DNA of 64,000 nt from assembly GCA_963706025.1 (NCBI GenBank), contig CAVPLM010000017.1, positions 1,709 to 65,708 on the forward strand, written 5' to 3'. Of this stretch, positions 61,403-64,000 are shown in pieces (the stretch's first letter is position 1; each line of letters starts with the position of its first letter). The DNA is from an uncultured Actinomycetes bacterium. Its GTDB lineage: Bacteria; Actinomycetota; Thermoleophilia; RBG-16-64-13. The notes beneath the pieces are model-generated. The model was not told the origin of the DNA. It made no database searches and saw nothing but the letters and a program-made list of their open reading frames with translations. The position numbers and the translations under genes were made by a program.

Positions 61403-64000
61403 ATGGAGTCCGTCTGTTCCGGCGATCAGCGGGGACCGATCTTTCTCTTGGACGGCAGCAACATCGCCTATCGGGCCTTCTTCGCTCTTCCTCAGGACAT
61501 CGCCACATCGGGTGGCTTTCCCACGAACGCCCTCTACGGGTTCTGTCTGATGATGGTCAAGATCCTGGGCGAGTATCATCCCGCGGCCGTCATCGTGGCC
61601 TGGGACTCGCGCGAGAAGACCTTTCGAGCCGAGGAGTTCGAAGAGTACAAGGCGCATCGAAAACCCATGCCCGATCTACTCTCGGAGCAGTGGCCCTACT
61701 TCTCTGAGCTCTGTTCTGCCTTCGGGTTTGTCAACCTGGTCGTGCCCGGGCTATGAGGCCGATGACATCCTGGCCACTCTTGCCCGCCAGGCTGAGGCTG
61801 AGGGCCGGCCCGCCGTCATAGTCACGGGGGACCGGGATGCGCTGCAGCTGGCCGGTCCCTGCGTGCGCATCATGGCCAACACCCGAGGCGTGACGGAGGT
61901 CAAGGTCTACGATCCCCAAGCGGTGGAGGAACGGTTCGGCGTGCCCCCCCGGCTCATCCCCGACCTGATCGGTCTCAAGGGAGACACTTCCGACAACATA
62001 CCCGGCGTTCCCGGGATCGGGGAGAAGACGGCCGCCCAGTTGCTGATCCAGTTCGGCTCGTTGGAGGAGGTCCTCGCGCACACGGACGAAGTCGCCGGGG
62101 CCAAGCGCAAGGAGCTGCTGCGAGAGCATCGCGAGACCGCCCTCCTCTCCAAGAGACTTGCCCTGCTCGACCGCGATGCTCCGATCGACTTCCATACGGC
62201 TGAGGTGCAACCCCACCAGATCCAGCGCGACGTGCTGGAAGAGTTGCTCACGCGTTTCGAGTTCACCTCGCTGCTCGAGCGACTAGAGCCGCTGCTCGCC
62301 ACGTCGCCACCTTCGGAGGCGGGACCGTCTGGACCGTCCGGAGCGGCTCTGCCTTCGCCTACGTCGGCGCCGGAGGACGCCGCTGCCTGGGAGAGCCTTC
62401 TAGATTGGGATCGAGCGGTGGGGCTGGCGGCAGACCGGCAAACGGCGGGTCTCTGGCTGGCACAGCCGGGGTCGGAAGCCGCCCCCGACGCATACGAGTC
62501 GTATCGAGTGGTCGAAGTCCAAGATCCCGCGCCGCACGCTTCGGCCCTCCGCGACCTCTTCGGCCTGGGTGCGGCCGTCTGCCACGATCTCAAGTCGGCC
62601 CCGGTGCTGCGCGGATTGATCGATAAGGCCGGCCACGACACTTACGTCGCCGCGTACCTCCTGGCTCCGGGCCGCAGGGAGTACCGCCTGGAGGACTGCG
62701 CGCGCGAGGCGGCGATCCGCCTACCGTCGTGTGAGCTCGGGGTGGGGGAGGCAGCCGCGGCAGCGACCGGCGCAGCGGCCGGCGCGGCCCTCGCGCCGAG
62801 CCGGCCCTCCGGCGGCCGCCAGGCCTCGGCGCCGAGCTGGCCACCTCACCGGGCCCGGCCGCCGCGGCGCTGACCGTCCCCGTCGCCGCCTGGCAGGAGC
62901 AGATGCTTCGCGACCAGGGTATGTGGGATCTCTTCCAGGAGATCGAGTTGCCGCTGACCGGGGTGCTCATCGCCATGGAGTCGGCCGGCATACACCTGGA
63001 CTGCTACCGCTTGGGGGAGATCACCGGCAAGATCCAGGATCAGTTGGAGGAACTGGAGGCCTGCATCTTCGAGTTGGCCGGCGAAGAGTTCAACCTGGGC
63101 TCGCCCCAGCAACTGGGCCACATCCTGTTCGAGCGCCTGGGGCTTGCCCGGCAGCGCAAGATCAAGACCGGCTATTCCACCGATGCGAAGACGCTCGAAG
63201 CCCTCCGCGACAGCCACCCCATCGTGGGCCACCTTCTCAACCATCGCGAGCTTTCCAAGCTCATGTCCACCTATCTCCTCGCTCTTCCCCAGGCCGTGGA
63301 TCCGGGCACCGGGCGGCTGCACACCACCTTTCACCAGACGGTGACGGCCACCGGCCGGCTCTCCTCGAGCGATCCCAACCTGCAGAACATCCCGGTACGG
63401 ACGGCGCTGGGCGCGCAGATCCGCCAGTGCTTCACAGCCGAGCCGGGAAACATCTTGGTGGTGGCGGATTACTCCCAGATCGAACTCCGTATCATGGCCC
63501 ATCTCTCGGGCGAGCCTGCTCTCCTGGATTCGTTCCGGCGGGGCGAAGACATCCACACGCGCACGGCGGCGGAGGTCTTCGGCCTGGCGGAGGACGAGGT
63601 CGGCTCCACCCACCGGCGCTACGCCAAGGCCGTCAACTTCGGGATCATGTATGGGATCTCGCCTTTCGGGCTCAGCCAGAATCTGGGTATAGAGCGGGAG
63701 GAAGCCGCCGCCTACATCGAGCGCTATTTCGAACGCATGCCCCACGTCAAGGCCTTCATCGAGAGCACCATCGAGCTGGCCCGGCGCCAGGGATACGTGG
63801 CCACCGTTTTCGGTCGGCGCCGCCCCATTCCCGAGCTTGCCTCCGGTAGTTTCCAGGAGCGTTCGCTGGGGGAAAGACTGGCCGTCAACTCGGTCATCCA
63901 GGGCAGCGCCGCCGATATCATCAAGGTGGCGATGATCCGCTGCCACGAAAGGCTTGAGAGGGAGTCTCCCGGCGCCCGCCTGGTCCTACAGGTTCATGAC
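61403..64000 (+). pseudogene. polA: DNA polymerase I (5' nuclease + polymerase domains), at least 2 frameshifts, truncated by the window end
   Basis: LLDGSNIAYRAFFAL..., frameshift near 61748 (extra G in CCCGGG), EADDILATLA, GDTSDNIPGVPGIGEKTA. The polymerase motifs RLHTTFHQTVTATGRLSSSDPNLQNIP, DYSQIELR and QVHD lie in a third frame with no stop before 64000. Confidence 0.85.

Overview
High-GC bacterial chromosome segment, about 55-70 % GC in the stretches I counted by eye. The hisI-trpE linkage, the TAT/lipobox solute-binding proteins with Thr-rich linkers and an SLH-domain wall enzyme suggest an anaerobic high-GC Gram-positive (Actinomycetota-like) organism; this is inference only.

Layout:
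- (i) 1-18.9 kb, housekeeping: BMP-type SBP, serA, an FTR-like/glutaredoxin-like pair, an SLH L,D-transpeptidase, a class-III aminotransferase, cinA, an operon hisI-trpEGDC-usp-corA-trpFBA, an XRE regulator and tRNA-Leu(CAA).
- (ii) 19.3-58.3 kb, a ~39 kb polyphenol/molybdoenzyme island: a phloroglucinol-degradation-like module (BKACE, cupin, SDR, 3-hydroxyacyl-CoA-DH-like, cyclase-family). It is followed by FIVE pyrogallol-phloroglucinol-transhydroxylase-like large subunits with only THREE small subunits and an embedded IclR regulator. Next come two disrupted LivK-type SBPs, a creatininase-family hydrolase and RidA. After these comes a translationally coupled operon: DmsC-like anchor, cytoplasmic Mo/W oxidoreductase, 4Fe-4S subunit, corrinoid protein and a non-pyrrolysine MtmB-family methyltransferase. 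The island ends with a third SBP, LivGFHM-type ABC components and a second IclR.
- (iii) 58.4-64 kb: tatA, a GntR/PBP_like (molybdate-type) regulator, glnA, and polA, which runs off the window.

Many genes are broken by frameshifts, and two carry in-frame stops. The damage is strongly clustered in serA, trpE/D/C/F, corA, all three SBPs, the BMP SBP and polA. About 18 kb of molybdoenzyme genes carry a single frameshift. I cannot tell from sequence alone whether this is real pseudogenisation or local assembly error.

No CRISPR array, transposase or integrase was seen. All family calls rest on motif and collinearity recognition from memory; no database search was possible. Frameshift positions are approximate.
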